A DNA stretch of 64,000 bases, from assembly GCA_965215125.1 (NCBI GenBank), contig OZ244052.1, positions 1,760,001 to 1,824,000 of the forward strand. The letters run 5' to 3'. Positions within the stretch are counted from its first letter, which is position 1. Each line of letters opens with the position of its first letter. This stretch comes from an uncultured candidatus Porisulfidus sp. GTDB taxonomy: Bacteria > Pseudomonadota > Gammaproteobacteria > Poriferisulfidales > Oxydemutatoraceae. The notes under the pieces are model-generated. The model was given only the letters and a program-made list of their open reading frames with translations. It ran no database searches and was not told the origin of the DNA. Below are positions 20,725-32,976 of this stretch, one piece after another. The position numbers and the translations under genes were made by a program.

Positions 20725-22007
20725 TGCACGCTTTGTTTTGCGTGTTTGGAATATTTGTATTTGTTATACTTTTTGGTCTTGTCCGCTATCATTAAATCGC
20801 GTTGTTTCTTGTTAAGTTGTTGAAATTTTTCCCACCATTTGTAATTGCTTATATCTGCTAGTTCGGCCCTGGATAGTAAGCCTAAAAAGTCATAGGCGGC
20901 ACGAAAACGTCGGGCGTCGATTAATCTGTTGATTTCTTTTTTGTTTCGGCTACTAAAATAAGGTTGCAAATTATATATATCGTATATGGTATTCAATACG
21001 TATCTAGGTATGGCGATGCGTGAACGTTGTATCATGGCAACCTCGTTGATCTTTTTTTCTCTAATTTTAGCAAGATCTGCTCTCCTTACCGATTGTTTTC
21101 CTACTCTGATGTATATGGGTAACCACCATAAACCGGCGATTATAAATGCCGGTGTCACCGGCTCCGATAAAGCGATTCGCGTGTCGGTAGCACTAAATAG
21201 GAGTTTCAAGAAATGCTTAAAATTATCGGCTTTGGGATGGTGTTTCATCGCGTCTGCGGTTTGAGGGAATAGTAGTTCAAACAACCCGAAGTGTTTAAGT
21301 CTTTGAAAAAGCCCGAGTGATGTGCCACAGCAGAATAATTTTTTACATTCCTCGAACAAACGAGCGTGTGGTATGTTCAATAGTAATGCACGGTTTGGAA
21401 TAATCTGTGCTTCGGTCTCGGTTTCTAGGTTTAAGTCGAGCTTTGTTGCCAAGCGCAAGCCTCTTAAAATTCGTACCGGATCTTCTTGGTAGCGTTGCAA
21501 CGGATCGCCGATTACACGAAGGCATTTATTCTCTAAATCCGATATTGCTTGCGGATGGCATATCAGCTCGTCGCTGAAAGGGTCGTAATACATTGCATTA
21601 ACCGTGAAATCACGGCGCATCAAATCTTCATCCAAAGTGCCGTATTTATTGTCTTCGGCGATGCACCATTTTTTTACGGAAAGATTCTCTCGTTCTTTAT
21701 CCGAGTGGCTTGCTCTAAATGTTGCCACTTCAAATATATGTTGGTTGTAGAATACGTGCGCTAGCCTAAACCGTTTGCCGATCAGCCTGCATTGCCCGAA
21801 TAAGCGGCGGATTTTTTCGGGATGTGCCGAGGTGACGATATCAAAATCTTTGGGTTGTCTACCCAATAATAGATCGCGTACTCCGCCGCCTACGATATAA
21901 CTACTGTAGCCTGCTTTCTGCAGTATCTTTAATACTTTCAGTGCTTCTTTTGAAATGCAATCAACCGATAGACCTAAATCACACCCTTGTCTACGATCTG
22001 TAATCAT
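20718..22007 (-). CDS. pcnB: Poly(A) polymerase I
   Basis: VGGGVRDLLLG..PKDFD, LIGKRFRLAHV signature, RRDFTVNA, EDPVRILR, RFRAAYDFL. Confidence 0.95.
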   Translation of the reverse strand: MITDRRQGCDLGLSVDCISKEALKVLKILQKAGYSSYIVGGGVRDLLLGRQPKDFDIVTSAHPEKIRRLFGQCRLIGKRFRLAHVFYNQHIFEVATFRASHSDKERENLSVKKWCIAEDNKYGTLDEDLMRRDFTVNAMYYDPFSDELICHPQAISDLENKCLRVIGDPLQRYQEDPVRILRGLRLATKLDLNLETETEAQIIPNRALLLNIPHARLFEECKKLFCCGTSLGLFQRLKHFGLFELLFPQTADAMKHHPKADNFKHFLKLLFSATDTRIALSEPVTPAFIIAGLWWLPIYIRVGKQSVRRADLAKIREKKINEVAMIQRSRIAIPRYVLNTIYDIYNLQPYFSSRNKKEINRLIDARRFRAAYDFLGLLSRAELADISNYKWWEKFQQLNKKQRDLMIADKTKKYNKYKYSKHAKQSVQC

Positions 22008-22009
22008 TT

Positions 22010-23449
22010 TTATAAATGCTTAGAGCGCATTACCAGCATTTTCTCCAGTTGCATATCTTCTATGGTGTACGGAATGCCACCGGTTCCATACCCCGAGTGC
22101 ATGCGCCCGAAAAAAGGCATCCAGTCTACTCTGAATGCGGTATGCTCGTTGATCATTACCGCAGTTGCATTGAGGTGTTTTGCACAATACCACGCATTAT
22201 CCATATTGCGAGTGATTACTGCAGCTTGAAATGCAAAGGGCAAAGTGTTTGCGCGACTCAATGCATCGTCCACATCGTCAAAAGCATATATGCAAATCAC
22301 CGGCCCGAATAATTCTTCACGACTAACCTCTGCGGTGTCGGAAGGATTGAGTAGTACCGTACATTGATACGCGGTATCCGAAAAACGTTTGCCGCCGGAT
22401 ACGAGCTGTGCGCCGTCTGCGACGGCATTCTGCACCCAACGGTCGACCCGGTCAACCTCGCTTCGCTTAATTAACGGACCGACTTCGGTATCCGCTTCGG
22501 TAGGGTCACCTATTTTCATTTTCTGCCCTAGCTTGGCTAGACGCGTTGCCACTTTATCGGCAATGGAACTGTGTGCGTAAACGCGCTGTACCGATACACA
22601 AACCTGACCGGCATGATAAAAGCCACCTTTGGCAAGGCGAGGCAAGTTGTCGTCTAAATCTGCGTCGTCCATGATAATCACCGGTGCTGCACCACCGTGT
22701 TCCAACGCACAACCGGCACCCGCAGGCAATTTTGAACGCAAGGACCAGCCGACTTTTGCACTGCCTATAAAGCTCAAAAACGACATGCGCGGATCGGAAA
22801 CTAATTCGTTTGAAGTTTGATGATCCTTGCTCAGTAATGCTTGGCAGTATGCTCGTGGTAATCCTGCCTCGTAAAACAACTCTACTAAAGCAAAGCACGA
22901 CAAAGGTGTTACCTCAGCAGGTTTGACGATTACCGGGCATCCTGCAGCAATCGCCGGACCTATCTGATGGGCGATTAAATTCACCGGATGGTTGAATGCG
23001 CTGAATGCTACAACCACACCGCGCGGTTCCTTGATAGTAAAAGCGAGATGTCCCTGAGATGGTGCGTTGACATCCATAGTGATACGCCTACCGTCGGCTT
23101 CGCTACTACGCAGATAATCAATGCAACTTTGCAAAGATATCACCGCTCTATTCAATTCAACCTTTGAATCAATCAGCGGTTTGCCGCCTTCTGCAGCTGC
23201 TTGTGTTGCAAGTTCATCTTTGTGTTTGTCTAGTAAAAAGCAAACTTTTTCTAGTATTTCTATGCGCTGCGCACGAGGCAACCAAGCACTTTTATCGCCA
23301 AAAGTTTTATACGCAACATCTAGCGCACCCAATGCAGTATTGCTATCTACCACGCCTACGCGAGCAATAGGTTGCTCATCCCAAGGTTGCACGACTTCTC
23401 TATAGTCACAAGCCTTTCCATTGACCAGCAAAGGTTCTATCACTCGCAT
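22010..23449 (-). CDS. Aldehyde dehydrogenase (possible succinate-semialdehyde dehydrogenase)
   Basis: AFNHPVNL, VIVKPA..TP, FIGSAKVG, LEHGG, GQVCVS, EELFGP; ATG 23449 behind GGAGG. Confidence 0.88.
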   Translation of the reverse strand: MRVIEPLLVNGKACDYREVVQPWDEQPIARVGVVDSNTALGALDVAYKTFGDKSAWLPRAQRIEILEKVCFLLDKHKDELATQAAAEGGKPLIDSKVELNRAVISLQSCIDYLRSSEADGRRITMDVNAPSQGHLAFTIKEPRGVVVAFSAFNHPVNLIAHQIGPAIAAGCPVIVKPAEVTPLSCFALVELFYEAGLPRAYCQALLSKDHQTSNELVSDPRMSFLSFIGSAKVGWSLRSKLPAGAGCALEHGGAAPVIIMDDADLDDNLPRLAKGGFYHAGQVCVSVQRVYAHSSIADKVATRLAKLGQKMKIGDPTEADTEVGPLIKRSEVDRVDRWVQNAVADGAQLVSGGKRFSDTAYQCTVLLNPSDTAEVSREELFGPVICIYAFDDVDDALSRANTLPFAFQAAVITRNMDNAWYCAKHLNATAVMINEHTAFRVDWMPFFGRMHSGYGTGGIPYTIEDMQLEKMLVMRSKHL

Positions 23450-23468
23450 AACTTCCCTCCTTATTCGA

Positions 23469-25124
23469 TTAAATCGGGCATACAAGTTTTCCCATCTTTT
23501 CGGTAAATTGCATATTGACCGAATAGTCCACCGGACAGTCAATAACTGCAACCGTACCACAGTCTCGGGCTTCACTAATAACCGATTGCAAATCACTTGC
23601 ATCTTCTACACGAAAACCTCTGGCACCGAAGCTCTCGGCGTATTTAACAAAATCGGGGTTATTAAATTCAATATGACTCGGCCGACCAAACTCCTTTTGT
23701 TGATGCCACCTTATCAAACCGTATTCGTCGTCTCTCCAAATCATCACGATAATCGGTATGCCGTAACGCATTGCCGTTTCCAGTTCTTGCGAGTTCATCA
23801 TAAATCCGGCATCGCCGGTAATAGTCAGTACCGTACGCTCCGGATGAATCATCTTGGCCGCAATCGCACCCGGCACACCGATGCCCATAGAAGCGAAACC
23901 ATTGGAAATGATACAAGTATTCGGAGCTTCCGCTTGATAGATGCGGGCAATCCACATTTTATGCGCACCTACGTCCGAGATCAGTATATCTTCGGTATCT
24001 AGTACCTGCCGAACATCCCACAGTATCTTTTGAGGCTTTACCGGGCAGCCGGTATCGTTTGCACAAGCCCAAAAATCTTCCTCTATCATTGTCTTCAGGG
24101 TTTTTCTATAGCTGGAACTATAGTTCGCATCGGTGCCGCCCTTTGCGAGGATGGCTTGTGCAAGTTGTTCCAGCGATGAAGCGATATCGCCGAGCACTCT
24201 ATACTCGGCATTATAGTGGTCGTCTACTTCGGCAGGCGTGGCATCTATATGGATAATGTGTTTGTCTTTGTCGGGGTGCCACAAATAAGGATGGTACTCA
24301 ACCATGTCGTAGCCTATACAGATTACTACATCGGCGCGTTCAAAGCCGCAAGTTGCATAATCTCTTGCCTGCAGGCCGACCGTTCCGATGCTGAGCTCAT
24401 GGGAAAATGGCACACAACCTTTGGCCATAAAAGTATTGACCGTCGGAATATTCAGGGTTTCTATAAATTTAATAAGTTGGGTACAAGCCTTGCCTCTAAT
24501 CACGCCGTTGCCTGCCATCACGATAGGGAATTTGGCTTTGGCTATTACTTCGGCAGCCTCGTCTATCAAATCGGGTTGTGCCACCGTCATCACCGGATCT
24601 CTAATCGGCAAAGGTTCACATCCGGTAATTTCTTCGGCAGCGATATTCTCCGGCACATCAATAAAACATCCGCCCGGTTTCTCGGTTTTGGAAACCTTAA
24701 ATGCTTTGCGAACTATTTCCGGTATGACTTCGGGATCACGGACTCCGATACTGTATTTAGAAATGGGCTGAAACATTCTAACCAAATCTAGGATTTGATG
24801 GCTTTCTTTGTGCATTCTGGTAGTTGCACCTTGTCCGGCTACTGCGATAATCGGTGCATTATCCATATTGGCATCGGCAAAGCCGGTCACTAAATTGGAA
24901 GCCCCCGGACCTAAAGTTGCCATACAAACTGCCGGATGACCTGTCAGACGTCCGTATACATCCGCCATAAATGCAGCCCCCTGCTCGTGGCGAGTCAAAA
25001 TAAATTCTATGGGACTATCCAGCAATACATCCATCAGGTGAATATTCTCTTCGCCCGGAATACCGAAGATATACTCTAAGTTCTCGTTTTCAAGGCAACG
25101 AATAAAAAGTTCGGCTGCGTTCAT
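23469..25124 (-). CDS. ThDP-dependent acetolactate-synthase-like enzyme, probable 2-oxoglutarate decarboxylase (OgdA-like)
   Basis: FGIPGEEN, RHEQGAAFMADVYGRLTG, MHKESHQ, DVGAHKMW, SNGFASMG, GDAGF ThDP motif; directly upstream of the ALDH. Confidence 0.8.
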   Translation of the reverse strand: MNAAELFIRCLENENLEYIFGIPGEENIHLMDVLLDSPIEFILTRHEQGAAFMADVYGRLTGHPAVCMATLGPGASNLVTGFADANMDNAPIIAVAGQGATTRMHKESHQILDLVRMFQPISKYSIGVRDPEVIPEIVRKAFKVSKTEKPGGCFIDVPENIAAEEITGCEPLPIRDPVMTVAQPDLIDEAAEVIAKAKFPIVMAGNGVIRGKACTQLIKFIETLNIPTVNTFMAKGCVPFSHELSIGTVGLQARDYATCGFERADVVICIGYDMVEYHPYLWHPDKDKHIIHIDATPAEVDDHYNAEYRVLGDIASSLEQLAQAILAKGGTDANYSSSYRKTLKTMIEEDFWACANDTGCPVKPQKILWDVRQVLDTEDILISDVGAHKMWIARIYQAEAPNTCIISNGFASMGIGVPGAIAAKMIHPERTVLTITGDAGFMMNSQELETAMRYGIPIIVMIWRDDEYGLIRWHQQKEFGRPSHIEFNNPDFVKYAESFGARGFRVEDASDLQSVISEARDCGTVAVIDCPVDYSVNMQFTEKMGKLVCPI

Positions 25125-25291
25125 TATTTGTCTCCTATACTATGCAACACCAATAGGGTTATGGATGTTACCGTGTGCTTTCTAATGCAAAGAGGGAATG
25201 AAGGTATATTATATCATACCATTGAGCATGTTGCTCTGTTTTTCAACAGCATTAGACTACTACTTTGCGCTTACATAGGAGCGGCAAGCTA

Positions 25292-26432
25292 TGTACAATG
25301 CCAGATACATATTGGACTCTTTAGAACCTAATCTTTCCACTAGGAAAAGTACTTTTCCTAGTGGAAAAATACCTCTTAAATCAAAGTAGCCGACATGCAA
25401 AACCAGCACATCGGCTACCGCATTACAGGTTTTTATAAAATAGCCTCTTTTTCCAACAAAACGGAGGCTATGATGGCAACAGATGCCAAACAAAAACTTA
25501 ATGCATTAGAATTTTGGAACAAACACGGCTTAAACGCAACCCAAGACTTTGTCGGGGTGAGCCGTTCCACCCTATACCGCTGGAAAAAGTGCTTTGACGA
25601 GGGCGGTGTATCCGCTTTGCGAGACGCAAGTAAAGCACCTCGGCAGCATCGTCGCCGTAATTGGTCTACTCACATCAGCGATGAGATTAGGCGACTGCGA
25701 CACAGCTATCCGAATATGGGTGCGCCGAAGATTTATTACTTCTTAAAGCCGTGGTGTGATGCACGCGAACTGCAGTGTCCGAAGCCGCGCACCATTGCAC
25801 GGTTGATTGCCGATGCATCCGACAACATGCGCTGTTCGCCCCCTAAACTCTCTAAAAGAAAACACAAATGCAAGACTTCTCAACCACGCAACCGTCTCAG
25901 CAAAGATGCCAAAGCGCAATTTCCCGGACACTGCGTGGCTATGGATACTATCCATTATTTCGTTAATCGAACACGCTATTATCTGTTCACTGCGATTGAC
26001 CACTACAGCCGTTTTGCCGTTGCCATTACCTGCCGACGCGCCCACAGTAAAAATGCTGCGACATTCGCAAGATTGGTGGACACGGTATTCCCCGGCAACC
26101 TCTCTCAAGTACTGACCGACAACGGGAGCGAGTTTGCCGGCGACTTCGAGGCTTATCTACAACGACACAACATTAAACACTGTTATACTTATCCTCGTTG
26201 CCCGAAAATGAATGCCATAGACGAGAGATTTAACCGTACCATTCAGGAGGAGTTTGTAGCACATCATGAGGATATTTTAGTGACCGATTTAGCACAATTT
26301 AACGACGTATTATTTGAGTATCTCGGGCGGTATAACTTCAGGAGACCGCACCAAAGTCTAGCCTATAAAACACCGGCACAACAGCTTGCTTCCTTTTGTC
26401 CCCATTTGTCCAATATGTCATGGCATCGTACA
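25292..26432 (+). mobile_element. IS481-family insertion sequence, apparently intact
   Basis: IRL TGTACAATGCCAGATACATATTGGAC (25292-25317), IRR GTCCAATATGTCATGGCATCGTACA (26408-26432), TGT..ACA ends; 5-bp target duplication AGCTA at 25287-25291 and 26433-26437. Confidence 0.9.
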
Positions 26433-26447
26433 AGCTATTGCATATAA
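25395..26447 (+). CDS. IS481-family DDE transposase
   Basis: HTH VSRSTLYRW; rve core with AMDT, LTDNGSEF, ERFNRTIQEEF, YNFRRPHQSL.YKTP; ORF reads through IRR. Confidence 0.92.
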   Translation: MQNQHIGYRITGFYKIASFSNKTEAMMATDAKQKLNALEFWNKHGLNATQDFVGVSRSTLYRWKKCFDEGGVSALRDASKAPRQHRRRNWSTHISDEIRRLRHSYPNMGAPKIYYFLKPWCDARELQCPKPRTIARLIADASDNMRCSPPKLSKRKHKCKTSQPRNRLSKDAKAQFPGHCVAMDTIHYFVNRTRYYLFTAIDHYSRFAVAITCRRAHSKNAATFARLVDTVFPGNLSQVLTDNGSEFAGDFEAYLQRHNIKHCYTYPRCPKMNAIDERFNRTIQEEFVAHHEDILVTDLAQFNDVLFEYLGRYNFRRPHQSLAYKTPAQQLASFCPHLSNMSWHRTSYCI

Positions 26448-26473
26448 TTTATGTTTGTATATAATAAACGCCC
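26438..26473 (+). promoter_or_regulatory. Putative sigma70 rrn-type promoter for tRNA-Ile/tRNA-Ala/23S
   Basis: TTGCAT-N16-TATAAT (26438-26465) followed by AAACGCCC; a 16-bp spacer is typical of rrn P1 promoters. Confidence 0.6.
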
Positions 26474-26613
26474 TTGCATAGATTATGGCTTTGGGTTTCG
26501 CCTTATATGTTTGACGATGAGGGTCTAGACTTCGGTTGTTGCCGGCTACGGACTGAATGTAGCACAATGGTTATCCGTTAACAACTAACACGAATTGTGC
26601 CAATTTGTTCAAC

Positions 26614-26690
<77 letters not shown>

Positions 26691-26761
26691 AATTAGGAAC
26701 CTGCGTTTCAATGTGCTGGGTTGAAGCATTAAGTTGCTCGGGTTTGAAAGTGATGCAGTGT

Positions 26762-26837
26762 GGGGCCGTAGCTCAGCTGGGAGAGCACCTGCTTTGCACG
26801 CAGGAGGTCAGGAGTTCGAGCCTCCTCGGCTCCACCA
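26762..26837 (+). tRNA. tRNA-Ala(TGC)
   Basis: GGGGCCGTAGCTCAG...TTTGCAC...GTTCGAG...CCACCA, 76 nt. Confidence 0.97.
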
Positions 26838-27072
26838 TTAACCGGGTGCGAATAAAATTGCTTTTGCAATTATGCGGCAGCAATTTTATTCACATTTTGA
26901 GTGTGAAGGTTTTTTTACAATAGAATATTATAGTCAAGGATATACATTGATGTATATGTATGTATATTGCTAATTAATTATTAGTTTCAATTGTTAGTTC
27001 TTAAGATGATAATGGCAAACATTTCGATATATAGTTTATAGCTATATGACGCGAGATTGTTTGAGGTTATAA

Positions 27073-29957
<2,885 letters not shown>

Positions 29958-30014
29958 TATAACACTCAAACAATTTTGAGCTTGAGGCATATAACAATTG
30001 AATCAATATACGAA

Positions 30015-30060
30015 TAGAATCGCCGTTTGTTGCAGTAGCACAAACGGCGCGACTTTGTGC
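30015..30060 (+). repeat. Variant hairpin repeat where 5S rRNA would normally lie
   Basis: TAGAAT-CGCCGTTTGT-N9-ACAAACGGCG-CGACTTTGTGC; same frame as 14090-14140 and 45915-45960. Confidence 0.8.
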
Positions 30061-30249
30061 TAGGCAGATAATTTTCCAATGGTCGCAAGTTGAAAAGGCA
30101 CGGTTAATTCATTTACTTGTGACATTTCTTAACACTTGCAAAAGACAGTATATAAACTGACGTTCTCCCCAAATTTATTACCAATGTTAAAGTCAGTTTT
30201 TCCGATAAACTAGAGAAGTTAAAAACATTACAGGAGAACTTAACATGAA

Positions 30250-30284
30250 TAGAACCGCCGATTGAATTTGTAGGTCAATCGGCG
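30250..30284 (+). repeat. Hairpin repeat copy
   Basis: TAGAAC-CGCCGATTGA-ATTTGTAGG-TCAATCGGCG. Confidence 0.85.
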
Positions 30285-30403
30285 TTTCAATGTCCACTTC
30301 TACGGATGGATTAGAAAATAATTTTTCAGCGGTCCCATTCCTTCTTTTGAAAGGGTAGGACAACATGCCTTCTCTCAAAAAAAATGATTCGCACTCACAA
30401 AAG

Positions 30404-31189
30404 TTAAATTTCAAATTCCAGTCCTATTCCGCCCCATGTTTGATCGTCTCCACCTTCGCGACGGACATTTTCCTCGGCGAAGGAATGTGTACCGTACATT
30501 TTCAAGCTAACCGAATCGTTCAACGGTACGCTCACTGCTAAACCAACCGCTATATGGTTTAGCCCGTCGTACTCTTCCGATACATAACCGAAATCAATAA
30601 GAGCTGCTACATAAGGCTCTATGCTGAAGTGTTCCATTTCTATTTCTTTTGCTAATTCAACTTCAAATGCACCGCCGTCCACTTCGGCAGAATATATATA
30701 AGCTATTTCCGGTGTAATTTCCCACGGTAGACATTCGCAAGCGAGGCTTAGCACAAACTCGTGATCTTCGTTTTCTTCCTCTTCGTGCCCGTTCCCGTTT
30801 TCTTCTTCCTCTTCATCTTCCTCCTCGTGTATCCAAGTGTAACTAAATTCCAAGCTGAAGTCTTCCCATTCCCAAGCCTTGCCTATGAATAAATTGGATT
30901 CGGTAAAATCTTGCGTTTCCGCAATTACCCATTCGCCACCGACAAAGAAACTTGGTATTTCAAAGTTTCCTATATGTATTCCTTCAAGTTCAAAAACAAA
31001 TTCCGGCGTAAATATACTGTCGCCCGGTATTTCATTCAGACCGTCTTCTACAAATTTATTGTGGTATGAGAAAGCAACCTCACCAGAGACTTTGCTCTCA
31101 TGCTCACCTGCGTGAGCAGATGGAATAGAAAGCATTAGCAGTATGCTAAGACTTAGCAAATAGAGTGCTTTTTTATTGAAATAGTGCAT
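30404..31189 (-). CDS. Putative outer-membrane beta-barrel protein with His/Glu-rich loop
   Basis: Signal peptide ending AHA, alternating amphipathic beta-strands, C-terminal WGGIGLEFEI, loop HEEEDEEEEENGNGHEEEENEDHE; AGGAG RBS. Confidence 0.7.
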   Translation of the reverse strand: MHYFNKKALYLLSLSILLMLSIPSAHAGEHESKVSGEVAFSYHNKFVEDGLNEIPGDSIFTPEFVFELEGIHIGNFEIPSFFVGGEWVIAETQDFTESNLFIGKAWEWEDFSLEFSYTWIHEEEDEEEEENGNGHEEEENEDHEFVLSLACECLPWEITPEIAYIYSAEVDGGAFEVELAKEIEMEHFSIEPYVAALIDFGYVSEEYDGLNHIAVGLAVSVPLNDSVSLKMYGTHSFAEENVRREGGDDQTWGGIGLEFEI

Positions 31190-31210
31190 TTTTATCTCCT
31201 ATATGTTACA

Positions 31211-31231
31211 TTATGTTATGATATAACATAA
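31211..31231. promoter_or_regulatory. Zur-box-like palindrome
   Basis: TTATGTTAT-GAT-ATAACATAA, matching the proteobacterial Zur core ATGTTATnnnATAACAT, about 20 bp upstream of the OMP start codon. Confidence 0.65.
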
Positions 31232-31308
31232 CTAAAATCGGAGAGTATATACGATTGTACGGAAACATGCAAGGGGTATTTCTATCGTTGTCAGCGCAAA
31301 ATAATAAT

Positions 31309-31591
31309 GTAGGGCTGTTGAAAAAATACCGTTTTGCATAACTGCAATCGCTTTGCGCCACCCGATGATGGTTTCCATATTTGACAACCACCCCATGGAA
31401 AGGCTTTACATTTTGTACTACGTACTAAGATTCTGCACAACGTTACGCCGATTAACCTACTGGCTTAATCGGCGGTTCTATTACGCCTGCCACCCCTCCG
31501 AAGGAAGGGAATGGTCCGACCTACATTCCAATGTTAAGGTTCTGCACAATGTCACGCCGATTGACCTACTGGCTCAATCGGCGGTTCTATT
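31309..31591. repeat. Long mosaic intergenic repeat array
   Basis: GGGCTGTTGAAAAAA; block shared with 13986 and 46152; two minus-orientation hairpins (31446-31474, 31555-31583); CCCCTCC hairpin; 31514-31549 is an exact reverse complement of 45951-45986. Confidence 0.88.
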
Positions 31592-31638
31592 TGTTATAAT
31601 CATCATTTTTATTTCGGACATAAAGCAAATTTAACAAA

Positions 31639-32493
31639 ATGAATATAGGCATTATAGGCTATGGCACGGTTGGTAAAGCGGTTGCCGGGGGATTTGAGAA
31701 AAAGGCACAGCTATATATATACGACCCGCTTTATCCTGCCGATAGCGGCGAGGGATTTTGCAACTCGATTGCAGAAGTTTATCGTGCTTGCGAGTTTAGT
31801 TTTATTTGCGTTCCTACTCCCCAAAAACTAAAAAAGCCCGATGATGTCTATGGAGAATTTGATTCAACCATATTAGACGGCTGCATGAAAGCGATAGCGG
31901 AAGAGAAATCTTCGGGTTCTAAAATTGTTGTGATTGCAAGCACCGTTTTACCTTCTAAAGTAAAGGAATATCTTGCATCGTGGCCGAACATGAATATTGT
32001 TATATCACCCGAGCTGTTGACGGAGAAAAATGCGATACAGGATTTCTTGAACCCCGATTGCAGGGTGATCGGGGGCGAACCCGAGCATAGTCGTGCATTA
32101 CAAAAGTTGTACGAAGATTACAGCGAGTGCCAACCATGTAAGGTGGGATATTGTAGTGCGGTGAATGCGGCTTACATTAAGTATATGCGGAATACTTATT
32201 TAGCAATAAAGGTCAGCATGATGAATCAGTTCTACGATTTATTTGAAAAGATGGATAGCACCGACAGTTGGGAAGACATCGCAACGATATTGCATTATGA
32301 TTCAAGGTTGGGTGGCAGTCATTATAATGTGCCGGGACACGACGGCGATCGGGGTTGGGGAGGAAAATGTTTGCCTAAGGATTCGGGGGCTTTATATCAT
32401 TATGCCGTAGGGCAGGATATTGAGATGACTTTGCTCAAGGCGGCATTGGAATACAATAAAAAGATCAGAAAAAAGATTGATTGGGTTAAGTAG
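31639..32493 (+). CDS. Short UDP-glucose/GDP-mannose dehydrogenase family protein
   Basis: IGIIGYGTVG, FICVPTP, STV.P, SPE.L.E, KY..N..LA.KVS..N, GWGGKCLPKD; 284 aa with no C-terminal domain. Confidence 0.85.
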   Translation: MNIGIIGYGTVGKAVAGGFEKKAQLYIYDPLYPADSGEGFCNSIAEVYRACEFSFICVPTPQKLKKPDDVYGEFDSTILDGCMKAIAEEKSSGSKIVVIASTVLPSKVKEYLASWPNMNIVISPELLTEKNAIQDFLNPDCRVIGGEPEHSRALQKLYEDYSECQPCKVGYCSAVNAAYIKYMRNTYLAIKVSMMNQFYDLFEKMDSTDSWEDIATILHYDSRLGGSHYNVPGHDGDRGWGGKCLPKDSGALYHYAVGQDIEMTLLKAALEYNKKIRKKIDWVK

Positions 32494-32517
32494 TTTGTCG
32501 GTGGCACGGTTGTAAAT

Positions 32518-32598
32518 CACCTCTTGGAAAGGCTTTACATTTTGTAAGCATTTTAGGGTTCTGCACAATGTCAAGCCTGCCCTCTACAGGAGGAAAAT
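32518..32598. repeat. Mosaic repeat copy, direct repeat of 31389-31510
   Basis: GGAAAGGCTTTACATTTTGTA identical at 31397-31417 and 32526-32546, then GGTTCTGCACAATGTCA and a degenerate CCCCTC hairpin. Confidence 0.8.
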
Positions 32599-32607
32599 AA
32601 TTTGTTA

Positions 32608-32976
32608 CTACGGTTTGACGACGATGGCTTGAGCGACCGCATAGCTTGCTTCGTCGCTGATGCTCACTAGGATGTTTTGTTCGGTTGTTTGTTTCTCGCT
32701 TTGATGTAGTGTGGCATAAGGTTTGCCGGATCGGTTGCGTTTAATCAGTATTGATTTAGGGTACAGATTTTCGGCAAAACCGCTACCGATAGCTTTGCTA
32801 ACCGCCTCTTTGGCGGCAAACTGACGGGCAAGAAAAGCCGCCTTGTCTTTGCGCTCGCTATAGTCGGTATATTCTTGCGGGTGAAGGATGCGTTTGGGAA
32901 ATCGCTCCGGATATTTTCCCAGTATACGCTTGATTCTATTAATGCTAACGATGTCTATACCGATGCCGTAAATCAT
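32608..32976 (-). CDS. acpS: Holo-ACP synthase
   Basis: [32 protein letters not shown]. Confidence 0.95.
   Translation of the reverse strand: MIYGIGIDIVSINRIKRILGKYPERFPKRILHPQEYTDYSERKDKAAFLARQFAAKEAVSKAIGSGFAENLYPKSILIKRNRSGKPYATLHQSEKQTTEQNILVSISDEASYAVAQAIVVKP

Noticed and set aside
388-24791. Long antisense or alternate-frame ORFs over housekeeping genes (e.g. 388-1077, 23421-24002, 24216-24791)
   Set aside because: They overlap confidently assigned genes and have no motifs of their own.
26850-26891. Long hairpin after tRNA-Ala
   Set aside because: Stem-loops are ordinary in rRNA spacers, and this one is unrelated to the repeat family.
31432-31591. Tandem hairpin repeats as a CRISPR array
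   Set aside because: Only two adjacent copies, the intervening DNA is itself made of repeat modules, copies are dispersed in both orientations, and no cas genes are present.
30193-31634. Short ORFs 30193-30414, 31206-31391 and 31353-31634
   Set aside because: They run through repeat modules or the Zur-like site, and show no recognisable motif or clear RBS.
31389-32598. Repeats as integron attC sites
   Set aside because: No consistent RYYYAAC...GTTRRRY boxes enclosing the hairpins, no cassette array and no integrase in the window.
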